Shown here: piece by piece, positions 10,751 to 24,010 of the stretch
Position numbering within the stretch: the first letter of the stretch is position 1
How the letters are laid out: each line of letters begins with the position of its first letter
Assembly (NCBI RefSeq): GCF_009834535.1
Contig: NC_045698.1
Location: 1,800,001 to 1,864,000, forward strand
Origin: Camelus ferus
Lineage: Eukaryota
Length of the DNA stretch: 64,000 bases
Direction of reading: 5' to 3'
Program-made: the position numbers and the translations under genes
Notes under the pieces: generated by a model
Told to the model about the DNA's origin: nothing
Seen by the model: the letters and a program-made list of their open reading frames with translations, nothing else
Databases searched by the model: none

Positions 10751-13615
10751 CACGTGCGTTTATCTCCACAATCTCTCTGCAAGGCCACCTCCTGCAGGGC
10801 CTGTGCGGTCATCCCCACTTGTCAGACCTCCTCTGTCTCTGACCGTCATCGGGGCTGTGGATTCGGGAAAGGGTCGGCTCTACCATAAGGGGAATTTCTT
10901 TCTGATGCTGTAGGAAAACGAAATCCTGATCAGAAGAGCATTAATGTTCACACCAGTGAGTGGCAGTTGCATCCCAGCCCGACTACTAAGAGATCAGCTC
11001 TTAATGAGGTGACTTCACCTGGAGACACGGCTTCAAAGAGTACCCTTTGGTGGGTCTGTGATAGTCAGACTGTCTATGATACAAGCTAAGTAATTTTAGT
11101 AATTTTTACCTCTTCAGATATTTAAATATCATTTTCCTTGCTTACTGTTTTGATACATTTTGACCTAAGTTGCCAACCAAATTCCCAACTGCTGTCCAAA
11201 AAAGCTGATCTGTTTGCGGTGGCTAAGGAAAACGATCGCGAGCAGCATCAGTTCGCCGGTGGGTGGTCTGCAGCGGCGTTTTCCCCACAGTGCGGGGACG
11301 ATGGAGCGTGAGTTTAGACGTTAGCACGACACATTTAGGGGTCAAACCCATGAGAAGGAATTTTCTGAGTCTTTACATTTTCCTATTTCAGACTTGTGTT
11401 GTATCTTACTATCTTATTTCTTAGTCTTTTTTTGCTAGAGAAAGAAAACAAAAAGACGATTGAGCCAAACGTCACTATTTGAAAGCTGAACACAGACAGA
11501 CACCAGACTGAGGGTCACTGCCACGGCCTTGGCCCCTGACGGCTGATCACAGCCTCCCCACACCCAGAATCCTTCCTCCATTTGACACCACCCTGTTATC
11601 CCATTACAGTTGCGAAAATTTCAATACCTTTCTTGGAAAAGCAGTTGTGGCCACGAGGGTATTTACAGGCCATTTTAGTGACTAGGATGTTAGGTTTATT
11701 CTAAGAGAAGGCGGCCACAAAACTGCAGAAGCTGCGAAGGGCACAGCTGTCTGGAGTCTTGGGTCACGCACGGGACTGCCTGCTACTTTCCCACTCGGAG
11801 CGCCTTCGCAGGCGGCTGAAGAACCGCTTCCGTGTGAAGTTACGTTTCCCCAAGTGGAGCCGTTACTTCCCCTTGTTTGAGTCCGTTTCCCACGATGAAG
11901 CGATGGGGGAAATAGTAAGCGCCCGCCTTCACTCGTTGGCCCCAGTGCCTGCTGCCTAGTGATTCTGGCAGCGACTTCCCGGCTGGAAACATCCAGCTGC
12001 CGCGCCTTGTCGCCTGCGCGTTTCAGTTAAGTCGCAATATCGTGGCCTTGAGGGGCACTTCCATTGTTTGAAGATGTGGACATACACCTTGTGATCCTTA
12101 AAAGTTAATCCCAGAAGATCTGTTCATCAGACACGTAATGAACTCCGACTGAAGTTACGGAGCTAGATGCCTGGAAAGTTTCTGATATTTCTTCAGAGAA
12201 TTCTTGCGATTCTTCCTGAGCTGTGTTATGAGGGAGAAAGGAGATCCCAGTCTACGAAGATTCTGTGGCCTTTGCAGAAACCCTGACCTGACATGCCAGT
12301 GCCGGTTAGTGCTCTCTGGGAAGCCTGGGACTTGTAGGAGGGCTCGGCTCTGTTCTCACATTCAGAGGCCGTGGAAACGTCTCTGGTGGACGTGGAATTT
12401 GCATTAGCAATTTCCTGTGTCCTACCAAGAATTTTCTAGCGCCACAAGCTTGGCTTCCATCAACTAGGCAGTCCCTGTTATGTACACAGACCTGTGCTTC
12501 ATTTTTAATTCAAGAAAGCCTTTCAGATCTCCCCTTGTCCTTTGCAATCCTACGTTTCATTTTATTCTTCTTAAATGCGGGGAGTTCAATGGCTCTCAGA
12601 GCAGATAAGCTCAAAGATTGACATGGAATTCAGGCATGGTTTGGACCAAGCCTCTGGCTCTGTTTGGCTATGACTCTCTGGAGCTGCCTCCCTCAGACGC
12701 TTTCTCCGGGCTCAGCCACCTGAGTGGAGTCACAAGGCTCCGGGAACCAGGCACTGGGCCAGGAACTGGCTTGTGCCCATCGGCCTTCCAGTGCTACCTG
12801 CCTGCCTCCAGGTCCTGCTGCAGGCAGCTTCCCCTGGAGCAGACAGCCTACCTGGGGAAGATGAGGGGTGCGATGGCTATTCTCCGTGTACCTCAGTGCA
12901 CCGAGAGAAATTCAGTGGTTTTGATCATGCTGTTGCAAGCTTCAAGGGTTGGTCATAGGGATGAAGCAGGTGATGGCGCAATCTCTGAAAAGAGGAACAG
13001 AAGAACCTACCTGCTCTGGCCTCAGGCTGCACCTGCCCTTACCTGGTCCACAGCACGGCATCCCTGTAGTCCAGTTAGTGAGGGCATAAAGCAGGAAGTT
13101 CCTGGGCTCCGTCCGCCATCACCTGACCCCACCTCTGCGTGATTTTGGACTCAGACCCTCACCCTGACCCCAGTCCCAGCCTCTGGGCTTGCATCCCAGT
13201 ATCGCGAGCACAGCCCTTTCCTGGTAAGTTAAATCAAGTTGCTTGCTGGGCAGGCCCTGGAATCAAACGTGGGCTTGTCCCTGGCTTTGGTTCCTCTGCG
13301 CCAGACAGCTGACTGGGAGGAAGGGGCACTCCCAGATAAGTCCATCGGACAGCATTTCCAGATAGTGGAATCACCAAGCTCTCCCGGACCAGGGCCCCCA
13401 GCTCTGTGCAACCTGGAGGAGTTTCAGGGCCACAGCATCCATGGTAGGAGGCCACACCCAGCAGAGGCTCCTGGAAAATCCAGAGGCCAGACGTTTAACA
13501 GTGGCTCAAGACAGCAGAGGGACTCAGTGCAGTGAAATAAAATGGCATTTAAATCCAGACTCTTGCCCTCAGGGTGCTGCTTATTTATTTACTTGTTTAT
13601 TTTCCTGGAGACAAG

Positions 13616-13641
13616 TGATTTATGCAGATGGTCATAAATCA
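13616..13641. promoter_or_regulatory. Inverted pair of PBX-HOX composite motifs flanking an E-box
   Basis: TGATTTATG (13616-13624), CAGATGGT, CATAAATCA (13633-13641): a perfect 9-bp inverted repeat. Confidence 0.45.
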
Positions 13642-14469
13642 GCGCTCTTTTGTGCAAGTGCATTTTCCAGTTTAAAGGATGCTAAGCCATCATCACTGTT
13701 GCCACAAATTCAGTGCCATCAGAGAGGTAAAAACAAAGAACCCAGAGACCTGGGTGGGGTGTGTGTGCAGAGCGACCTGCCTGCGTGAGCAGGGCTTCCG
13801 TGGAGCAGGGCATCTACAAGCCATGGGCAGGAGGGCCGTGCTGGGGACCAGCGTGGGGTCAGGACGCCGGGAAGGGCTGTGAACTTCTCTCTGCAGCGCA
13901 GGAGCCAGCAGAGGCCTGTGAGGCAGGAAGTGACCTGAATCCACTTTGACTTTTACAGGAAACTCTGGCATTGGCAGAATGCATCAGTTACGGAGGGGCA
14001 AGTGGGGCGGGGGGTGGCTGGGGTGGCTGGGGTGACAGTGACGCCTAGGGCCGTGCAGAGGGGACGCGGATGCCAAGACACGTGGCAGGAGCGGGGAGAG
14101 AAAACAAGCGTGGTCTTGAGATTTCACGCCAAGTGAAGGAGAGGATGGAGACCCCGTCTACTGACCAGGGGCACGGGTGAAGATGAAAGGAAGAAGCCTG
14201 GCCAACTGGTCAACCCCCCATGTCCGCATGGACCCTCACAGCCAGGATGGAGCTAGATGGGGGGGTCGTCTCCCGGGGAGGAGCCTGTGAGGGAAGGATC
14301 TCTCAGGTCACAACCGCCCTGCCTGGGTGCCTCCTGACCCACACCTCTCCCTCCTGGGTTCCACTCCACTGCACCCCGAGGCTGCGCTCCACCACCACCT
14401 CACCAGGCTTGGGAGCTGAGGCGGGAAGACTTGGAACCAATCGCTGGTGTACGTCAACTCCCGAGGGAC

Positions 14470-14870
14470 AAGTGGGGTTTAGTCTGGGGGATGTGAGGGG
14501 CAGGGCGCTCTTGGGAGATGGAGCCAGTGACCAGCACAGAACCAGACACACGTGTCGAGCACAGTCTGGACGCAGAGGGACTGGGTGGAGGAGGAGCCAG
14601 GGTCAGCCCAAGCACTCTGACTCCAGCATCTTTGCAAAGGAAGATGCTCATTGGAAGTAAGACAGTCCGAGTGCCGGCGACTCCGATGCCAGGAGGAGGG
14701 GACCAGCTGGATGGCCACAGCCAAGAGGTCAGGGCGGGCCACGATGGCTGAGCATGGCGCTCTGAATAGATCAGATTCCACGAGTGAAACAGACTCAGGA
14801 AACCACTTTTGGCAGGAGGTGCTGGTGGGGAAGCAGGAACATGAAACAGCTTCTGGAAGTTTCCACGGAG
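14470..14870 (-). mobile_element. Possible highly decayed LINE-2 fragment
   Basis: G-rich stretch with a faint L2-antisense-like motif order (gtttagtctgggggatgtgag... gaaacagcttctggaagtttcc). Confidence 0.3.
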
Positions 14871-15619
14871 GATACAACCTGGGTCCAGAAGCTGACGGCC
14901 CCTCCGAGGCCGCCACGCGAGGGAGCGTCTTTCACTCTGCTTTCAGCCTGTCCTCGACAGACGTTCCCGAGGAAGCTGCTGGCGCAGAGGAGCGGGTCCC
15001 CGGGCCGCCGCCCCGTGCCCACAGGCGGCCCAGCTCGGCCGAGACAGACCGCTTCCAGCTCCGAGCGGGTCTCGGCCTCCCCGCAGCCACAGGCTAGAGG
15101 TACTTCAGGTCTAGACCTGTTACTACTGCTCGTAATAATGCAAGTGAAGATGGCTTTGCTCCTCTGAAGCGCTCCGCAAAAACTGGTGTTCCCGAGGCCT
15201 GCGTGGGTGTTCCTGGTCGTCCCTTCCTCCCGTCTCCAAGATAGGTGATGCTTCATCACATCTGCTCCTTAAATGCCAAAGGGATGGTTGGCACAATGCG
15301 GATACGCCCACAGGAGGACGGCTCTGAGGGCACAGATCTTCACCTCATGCCTCACGGTCCCATCAGTCAGGTCCGCTGGGCTCTTTGACTTCTATGAAGG
15401 GATGCCTTTTAAGTGAGGGGCACGCCCACGCCTGGAAGCGTCTTCTCCCTCCAGACCATCGAGCCCTGCCTCTTCCAAGTTTCCCGTCAGTCGAGGAGGC
15501 TGGGCGGCAGAGCCGGGGCCAGCGGCGCCCCGTTTTTCCCAGCAGGGGCCTCCGTGGGGGCCGTGCAGCCTGGTGGCCTTAACCAGTAATGACGTCCTCG
15601 GGGCTCAGTCCTGCACACC

Positions 15620-15970
15620 TGCTAATCTTGGTGGCTGTTTACATGCCACTGTTTGTTAAATGGCAAAGCTTATTGATTTGGCAAATCCAGTCCCACGTTG
15701 TAGACTTTCTCTCAGCCCGTGTTGCTACACGCGCTTCAGCATTTTTAAATGTCAACCGCAAAGTATTATTGATCGGTAATTAAAAGTGCAGAGAAAAATT
15801 AGCATAGTAGAAGTTTACGGTCATTAGTACAAGTACCGTGGGGCAATTATTTAGCATGTTTTAACATTTATTTTCCTTCCTGTTATTGACAGAGTATCAG
15901 GCTCGCCCAACAGTTTTTGTTTTGCTAAAAAGGAAAGTTTCAACATCAATAAGAATTAATGACATACAAT
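15620..15970. promoter_or_regulatory. Candidate developmental enhancer / conserved non-coding element
   Basis: TGTTTAC 15636, TATTGATT 15671, TGTCAA 15750, TATTGATC 15767, TGACAG 15887 and ATCAATA 15945, in an AT-rich island within GC-rich flanks. Confidence 0.45.
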
Positions 15971-18900
15971 CCTTTTTGAAAATGTGCCTGTTGGTTTTCC
16001 TGCCGTAGAAATAAGCTAATCCATAGGGGTCCTTTGTGCTCCGACGAGAATGGAGTCTGGGCTTCGTGGCCAGCCAGAGGGCTGAGCAGGACTTCCCAGG
16101 AGCAAGCGGCGGGGTCCCGGTGAACCTGAGCAACGACCCGCAGAGGGCAGGCGGGCAGGTGAGCGGGACCAGGGGTCATTCTGCTAACCGTCTCTCCCAG
16201 ACTCTCAGCCACAGTGCGGATTTTAATATTCGACATTGTGTCCTTGTCAGTGTACTCCACTAACCGGGTCACGTGGACAGATTTTTATTCTCAAAGATGG
16301 TCTCCCTGCTAGATGTTACCACTGCCCTCAAAAGCCTGCTTCAGTCTTGTTCAAACCTAAAGCGTGAAGCCAACGACTGGAGGGTGCTGGCGCACGTGAC
16401 TGTGCGCGGCTGCAGCCAGCGGGCTTTGGTGGCTGTGGGGCGGGCGTGGGGGGCACTGCTGGTGGACGCTGGCCTGGCCTGGGTGTTATTTTGAGCCAGT
16501 GGAGATTCACATGCTGGAGCTTAGTGTTGGACCTGGGAAGTCAGAGAGATGGGTCTGAGCTTCAAACCCAGGTAACTAGGGCTGGGGGTCAAAACCAGGC
16601 CAGGCGGAAGGCAGGGGGCTGGGATCTCCGTCCCTAGAGCAGGGGTTCAGTCCCCACCCCTTCATCCTTGGTCTGTTCACTCAGTCAGCCCTGCACCCAT
16701 TCCCTCGGCCTTCAGCGACTGAGGCCCTCGAGGGACCTGGTGACCCCCTGTGGGTGGGCAGACCGGCTGCCCTTGCCCAGCGTGGAGCCCCCACTGAGGG
16801 CAAAGCTTAGAAGAAGGGTCTCCCTGGGGCTGCCTGTGACAACCCCCGGGGTCTGGGTGGGAGCAGATTGCTGATGTCCGCGCCCCAGCCCGCTACCTGA
16901 TGCTCCCGTAGCCTTGCTGAGGACCCCCAGGAGGAGGGGCTCTGATGCCCAGAGGGGCCTCTGCCCACCAGCGGGCTGGGTGGGCATGTGTATCAGGCCA
17001 CATGGTTCATAGTGGGGACAATGGTGCAAGCTGTGTCCCCAGAGAGAGGGACACTAGGGTTCACCTGTGCCCGCCCGGCTGTCTTTAGGGAGGAAGTGGA
17101 AGTTTCTCTACAACCTGGTTGGGGGAGCAGGCAAAACCAACACACAGATGCGGGGTGTCTGCAAGGATTTGAAATCTCAGCCAGACTGGGGGCGGAGAGG
17201 AGCTGGGGGCGGGGAGGGGGTGGGTGGGTCTGCTGCTATGAGGTCTTGGCCCCCCACCTCTCTGGCTGCCTGAGCGGAAGCTGCATTCTCCAACACCAGC
17301 ATGGCCACCTGAGGCCCCGAACCTGGCTCACTTGGAACAAGGGGCACTTGGAGGCTGGGAGGCTGGGCTGGGCCCCTGCACTGCCTGTGGGGTCGGGTTG
17401 CAAGGCCCACCCTGCCTCTCCTGGCGACGAGGCTGGGGCTCCCGAAAGGGCAACACGAGGATTTCAGGTGAAATTAAGTGGAAAGCGATCAGTAGATCAC
17501 TTGAGGACGACTGGGTTCCTGAAGCTTGGAAACGTCTTGGGAACCCACACAAGAAGGTGACTCACGAGGACAGAGGCAGGAGAGAGTCGGAAAGGAACAT
17601 TTCACTTAATAATTGAGTGAGCTATTTTTTCAAAGAAGTGAAATCTGTTGAAAGCTCCGTTTTCTTTTGAGTAATAAACGCTATATCAGAACAACAAATA
17701 ACCAAATAATTAAAGCAAATCCAGTCTCTCAAGGCAAACACCCTTTAAATGGTCCTTAACTTGCTTTTAAACACAAATATTCAGTCACGCCTACCCCTTC
17801 AAAGACTCTTTCCCCGCCTCAGCCTTCCAGCTGTAACCGCGCTGCCCGCTGCTTCACCTGCCAGCGGCGGCGGCGGCGGCCCCTACCCCGCCGGGTGCGT
17901 CAGCCTGAGCTTTCTCTGCTAGTGACGGGCTTGACACAGTAACCTGCACATGTTGTCACTTAAGGTCACTAATATCCTGGATGGTGTTGAATTTTGTGTG
18001 TAAGATAGGACATAGAGCAGAATAAAATATTTTCATTTGATTTCTCCAATTTCTTTTACACATTTGACCTCCCCCGTTTAAATTCACCGCGCAGCCTGTA
18101 TTTGGACAAACTGCAGGCCTTCCCAGGTTTAGGGGCGCCTGTTGCTTAGCAGCTTTCTCCCTATGAAGATTACCCTGAGAGGAAATTTTAAAAAAGAGAA
18201 TTACCAATGTCTTCCTTTTATTATTGTTATTTCTTTAAAATATTATATTTATTTATAATACAAGTTCATATTTATGCTTCAAAGTGTACAGATAGGACCC
18301 CCAAGGCTCTGTGAGATAACTTGCAGGTTCCCACCTGCCTTCTGGGAGGAGGCACTGGACCCCGGCTGCTCACAGACAGGGCAGACGGGCCCAGGGGCAG
18401 CGAGAGGCTGGCTCCAGGTCGAGAGAGAGGCTAAGCGTGGTGCCTGGGTTTCCAGCTGGTCTCTGAGTGCCCCTTGTCACCCTTACACGTGCAGGATCAC
18501 ATTCTGAGTGTCACCCACAGAATCACACTCCGAGCATCACCCACACTGCAAACATCTGTCTTCTCACGGCCAAGCAAATCCACTTCCAACAAAGAAAAAG
18601 TCACCTATAAAATACTGTGCAAATACAGAAAGGTATTTCTCAGCCATTGTTCCAAAGCAAATGAAAATTATCTCCCTATTTATAACCCGGAGAAAAATGT
18701 CCCTGCGTTTCCTTTGTTAGAAAGAATGTTCTACTTTGCTTTGCATCTTTGTACTTTATGAATATTAAAAACAAACATTCACAAGGGTTAGCCTTTCAGG
18801 CTCCAGGAGCTGAATCTGGTGGTGTCTCTGGAAACTTGGGAGGAAGAGATTATGTATCAGATGGTTCTTTAAAACAAAATGTCTTTCTTGAAGTGCCACA

Positions 18901-20149
18901 GCGCCAAGGGCTTCCCTGTGGCTGGTAGCTCAGTCACGGGAGGGTCTTCCTTACGTGCACGTGCGGGGGCATCTGCAGGGCCGGGCTGAGGCTCACGGCC
19001 GGCTCGTCACCCCATAAACGCAGAACCGCCCATAATGCTCCCCTGTTCAAACTGCAGTGTCATGTGTGTTTCCGGAAAGAAGGGGTCTGGTGCAGAAGGC
19101 ATTGAGAATGACTGACCACCAGCCTGGCCTCCCGTCCAGACCCTTTGATGGAATTAAAGTCAATCGCTTTGAGTGGAATAGTCGTGTACTGGTTGGAGGC
19201 CGTGCAGGGACGGCCCTGGCCTTCTGGGGCTGCGCTGGGGTGGGCACAGGGAGACACCGCCGTCGTGACGGGGCCTGAAGTAAGTGGATGGCTTCCCTGG
19301 GACCTGAGGGCTTCTCTGATTTCCAGACGGAAGGTGACAGCTTTCTCTTGCAGGGCTCAGCACATCCGTTTCCTCACTGCCCCTGCGTAGGCTGTGGTCC
19401 CCTCCAGGGAAGTGGGCGGGCTCTGTGTCACCTTCCCCCCCAGCAGTGACTTACCGGCGCACTTTCGATTTAGTAGTAACTACATAATACATGCTCATTA
19501 CCCTGCATTACAGAATGAACAGGAGTCCTGCTGCCTCCGCTGCATTTTGCTGCTGATTGAGTTTTCATTTTGAGGCTCCTGGCTTCGCCTTGAGGTTCCA
19601 CCAGCCGTCCAAGGCTCCGTAAGTGAGAGGGCGGAATGACACAGCAGCGTGAAACGCGCTCTTCCGAACGTTCGAAAGATCGAGCACACAGAAAAGTGAA
19701 AAGTAGCATGCTGGCTGCAGAAGGAATAGTAGCCATACTTACCTGGGAATTAGGTAAAGAATTAACTATGCATTTGTTACAAAAGCACTTTTTGTAAATA
19801 TGTACTTGTTATAAAAGTACCCTTGCCAGAGGCAGGTATTGAAACTTTATTGAAGAAAGTCCCACAGAAGGTGTGTTTCTTCAGCACCCCGCCCCCATCG
19901 CACATTCTGAGACCAGATTCAGGGAATCTGGGCCTGTCTGTGGGTACGGAGGGGTCCTGCGGGACCAGACCTCGGAGTCATCTTGTACACATCTCCACCC
20001 CATCCATCAAGACAAAAATGATGAACAAAAAATGTGGAAGAGATGCAGAACAAAGTAAGAATGTAGCAATGGAATCTGACACAGATTGCTTCACCAGAGA
20101 ACTAAGGGAGAGTCAGGAATCTGTGGGGACAGCAGGCACCTCTGATTGG

Positions 20150-20250
20150 ACAGCCCGGACCTGACTTGGTGGCTGCAGTGCTCTTGGGAAGGACCACCTC
20201 TCAGAACTCCGGTGTCCTCATCTGAAAACAGGGAGAAGATCTACCCTCCC
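20150..20250 (+). mobile_element. MIR fragment
   Basis: gtgctcttgggaaggaccacctctcagaactccggtgtcctcatctgaaaacagggaga resembles the MIR core (cctcagtttcctcatctgtaaaatgggga). Confidence 0.5.
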
Positions 20251-20260
20251 CTGCCCCTAC

Positions 20261-20336
20261 GACCTTGAGCCGTGGGGGTGACCTTGAGCCGTGGGGGCGA
20301 CCTTGAGCCGTGGGGGCGACCTTGAGCTGTAGGGGC
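20261..20336. repeat. 19-bp minisatellite, 4 copies (GACCTTGAGCCGTGGGGGY)
   Basis: Units start at 20261, 20280, 20299 and 20318. The last is slightly diverged (gaccttgagctgtaggggc). Confidence 0.95.
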
Positions 20337-23300
20337 ATTCTGGTGAAGTCATCTCTAAAACAACGTGTCTACCATAGCCAAGTGCATGGCTGCGCTGACC
20401 CCCGCTCCCCCCATGCTCTGCCTCTGTACCAGCCCCCTTCCCACCGCCAAATGCCCAGCAGCTTGTGGTTTCTCCAGAACAAAGCCCATCAAAGCTACTT
20501 AACTACGAGCCAAATATTTTCTATATTAGAACATAGTTCTAATAGACCCTAAAGAATATGTGGAAAATGTTCATTTTACAATCAAGTTTTTAGTATGTAG
20601 CTTCCTTGCTACAATTGGGAGACATTTAGTTCCTAAGCTCAGAAATTGTAAATACTGATTGCCACGTAAGCATTAAAAAAGGAGATTTTCTTTCAGCATC
20701 TTTACGCCAACATATCATAGTCTTCATTATTATGGGCGTTACAAATTACTGGGTCCCTTCAAAGTGGACATGTGGCTATTTTCCATTTTCTAGTTAATTT
20801 TACACATTTACTGCTGTTTTTCAAACCAAGCATGCAGGGAGTCCCGTCCTTTTCTGCGTGCTTGGTCTTGACTGGAGCAAACGGCTCTCGCTGAAGCCAC
20901 GTGACATCCACTCTTTATGGCTGCCTTCACTTCAAGCACCTTTCATCCCAAATTATTTCATTTTGGAAAGACTTTATTTTGGAAGCCGATGGGAAAAGGA
21001 TGTGTGCTTTTCAAAAGCTTTTGAAGCCAAGATATGATTGAGAGATGTTTCTTATTTTTTTTACATAAAATGTGAATAAATCATCTCCAGCCTGAGCCGT
21101 GCAATGAAAATGTGGTTCAGAACAGCACGGTATTGTGGAAACTTGCAAAAGTAGAACCAGGTGGTCCTCGTGGAAGTGCGTCTTCTCCTCCACGTGGAGA
21201 ACCACCATGCGTTAGGTCCCGAGTGTAGCAGGAGGCTTAAATGAATTAGCGGACAAATTCCCCACTTACCACGTCTCTGCAACAGTCTGGCTGAATCAGC
21301 AGAGACCAGCTTCCCCCTGCAGGGAACAGACTGGACAGCACTGGTCTCGAAAAACTTCTTTGTTTCCATGGGAAAACATCTTGTTGACCATTGGAATAAA
21401 AATGCAAACCCACACAAGCTAAAATCTAGAATATTTTCTTCTTGCTTTTCAGGAAACGTTTGTAACAATAAATAGAGCATCAGAGTGTCCCAGGTGCACT
21501 GCGGCGCCAACGCGGACGGCGTGCGGGCTGGGCAGTAAAGCGGGGCCTCCACGCGGGCTTTCTGACAGCGCGGTAGGAGAAAGCGTGCACGGGGGTGAAG
21601 GTGTCTCGTTGCTTTGCGCTCACGGGCATTTTTGGATCAACTTCTCTGTGAATATTCCTCAGTGAGGGGAGGTTCTCTCCCCATTTACCGCTCAGCCCTA
21701 CTCACGTGTGACCGTATTCGCTTGGCATTTTTACGTCAGGTGTATCTATATGAACTAACCCAAAGTAAGAGGACAGTGAGCCCTGACGTCTCGCTCTTTT
21801 AACTTTGAATGCCTCTTACTATTTTAATTCTCAGTGATATTAGAAAAAAATGACTGTTGCGTACATGTGTTAAGCACTTGGGTGGATCCCTTTGAATCTT
21901 AGGCTGGCGCTCTCGTGAAAAGCGGACGCGTGTGTCTCTGCGCACACAGGCAGACAGCATCAGGAAGCCCCTTCCCTGCCGTGGTAACCTTTCCACACAC
22001 TTTCCAACCTGTCTGGGTTTTCCTGAAGGTCGACTGGGTTTTCAGCTGTGTTATCTGCTTGGTGTTTGATGGAGTGGTCCAGATAACAGGGAGAGAGCAA
22101 AGGGAAGAGAAGTTTTTGAAGATCAAAAGTGGCTGTTCATTTTGTTATCTGACCCTATCTGTTGTCATAGTAACAGGCCTCTTTTAACCTGTGTCATTGG
22201 GTGATTTGTCTCCATCTGCTCGAGTTCTCCTTTGACTGTGGCGCGGCTCGGCCTGCGAGGAGACCTTTCCAGCCTCTCTGTGAAGCTGCGCTGAGGGGGC
22301 CAACGGCACGGTCCCCACGTCGGTAGGATTTAAACTACATTTTCAGTCTAAGCCGCTATCTTAACTTCGGAGGAGATAAAGCCAGCAGAGACGCTTTCTC
22401 CCTGGTTTTACAACGTCCAGGCAAATGTCATTTAGAAAGGAAATGAATGAACATGTCGACTCTGATGCTCAGGACAGGCCACCAGGAAAGCGAGCCAGCA
22501 CAGGACGGCGTTTGAAGTGAACTTGCAGCGAAAGGGGCGGAATGAAGTTGGTCTGCTGTCCGGCGGCTGCGGGAGGCGCGCGGGGGCCGGCGGCTCCCTT
22601 CCTCCTGCCAGCGTTGGGCAGTCCGCTCCCATCACGGCCCCCAGGGCCGACCGCAATCAGGTCTGCTTGTTCTCAAGTAAGGCTTTCAGAAAGCTGAGTT
22701 CCAGAGGTGAGCCTTCTCTTGTTGGTCGTTCTGAGGGCGTGTCGCATCTGTGACATTCCTTTCAGGTTTGGCAAGTAAAGGCATCTTTGAAATGACCGTT
22801 CGGTGTCTACCTGGATCACAGCCACAACCCCCTCCCAGGACCTCATTATCCCAGCACCCCCAGCACCTCTCTTTCTGCAGGTGTGTCCACGAGAGCGCCA
22901 CCCGCGAACACTGGCCCGGAGCCAGGTCGGGAGAAGTTCCAGAACCAGCCTCTCTGGGTGCAGTGCCGCTGGGGGGAGCCTGCCTCTCTCAGCTGGGGGT
23001 CCTGTCCCTCCTGTCCAGCGGCAGAAGGCAGAGGCAGCCCCTCCTGTACCCGAGGTGTCTTGCCGAGGTCACCCCCAACCCCACTTCCACGGGCCCAGGA
23101 TTCAAGTGTGTGGCCTGGTTAAGCCCGGATGCGTGTCCCTGCCGTCCTCCCTTGGTTTTAAAAACCCTCTAGGCACGCAGCACCTCAGATGAATTTCTGA
23201 GCAGTCATGCAGTTAACAAGACACACATCACTTGGCAGGTTCCTGACGGGTTTGTGCAGACCAAGGAAAGCTTTTCTACCCCCGGCTCTGGGTGAACCCC

Positions 23301-23982
23301 GCCTCTGCTCTGTGGAAGGTTCCCTCCAGGAATACGGGAGGCAAGGGGCCCATCGGCGGCTGGAGCCACCCTCTGCAGCCCAGAAGCTCCTGCCCAGCCA
23401 CGCTGAGGGGAGCCGAGTCCTGCCTCCCGGCTCTGAGGGGGCTCGGCAGGCCAGCCTGTCGATGCCTCGGTCTGTCCATCTAGCAAATGGGCGCCACAGA
23501 ACAGTGTGAGTCAGGGAGACACTTTTCTGGAGTGCTTGGCGAGGAGCTGGACACACGGCAAGACTGAAGCCCCTGCCATTGTGGCCAAGGAGGAGCCAGA
23601 GGCATGGGGGCTGGTCCCCACCCCGTTGGCACCTGCTCCCAGTCCCCAGACACGCGGGCCGGCATTTACCTGCTGCATGGGCTCCGGAGGCCGGCTCCAG
23701 CAGACGCAGGGCAGCTTTGGCACTGAGATAACAGGGCAGACAGTTATAAGGCAATTAGCCTCAAGTTGCTGGAAACGTTCTTGGACTGGGGAGTTGGTGG
23801 CCTCTGCTCGTGGACACCTCCCTCCACTTGGGACCCCAGCAACTCTCTGCCTGCCCGAGGTGCCTTCCATTCTGCCCAGGTTGTCAAAGTCTGTGCAGAT
23901 GAGCTGACGTTGGTCACCTGGGCTGGTGTACCTTCTGTTCTGGCGTTCTCACCCCCACACAAGCCAGGTGGGACAGGAAGGG

Positions 23983-24010
23983 ACACACACACACACACAA
24001 ACACACACAC
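23983..24010. repeat. (AC)n microsatellite
   Basis: acacacacacacacacaaacacacacac. Confidence 0.9.

Noticed and set aside
10456..10913. His/Thr- and Cys/Val-rich ORFs
   Set aside because: Translations of the CA/TG low-complexity repeat.
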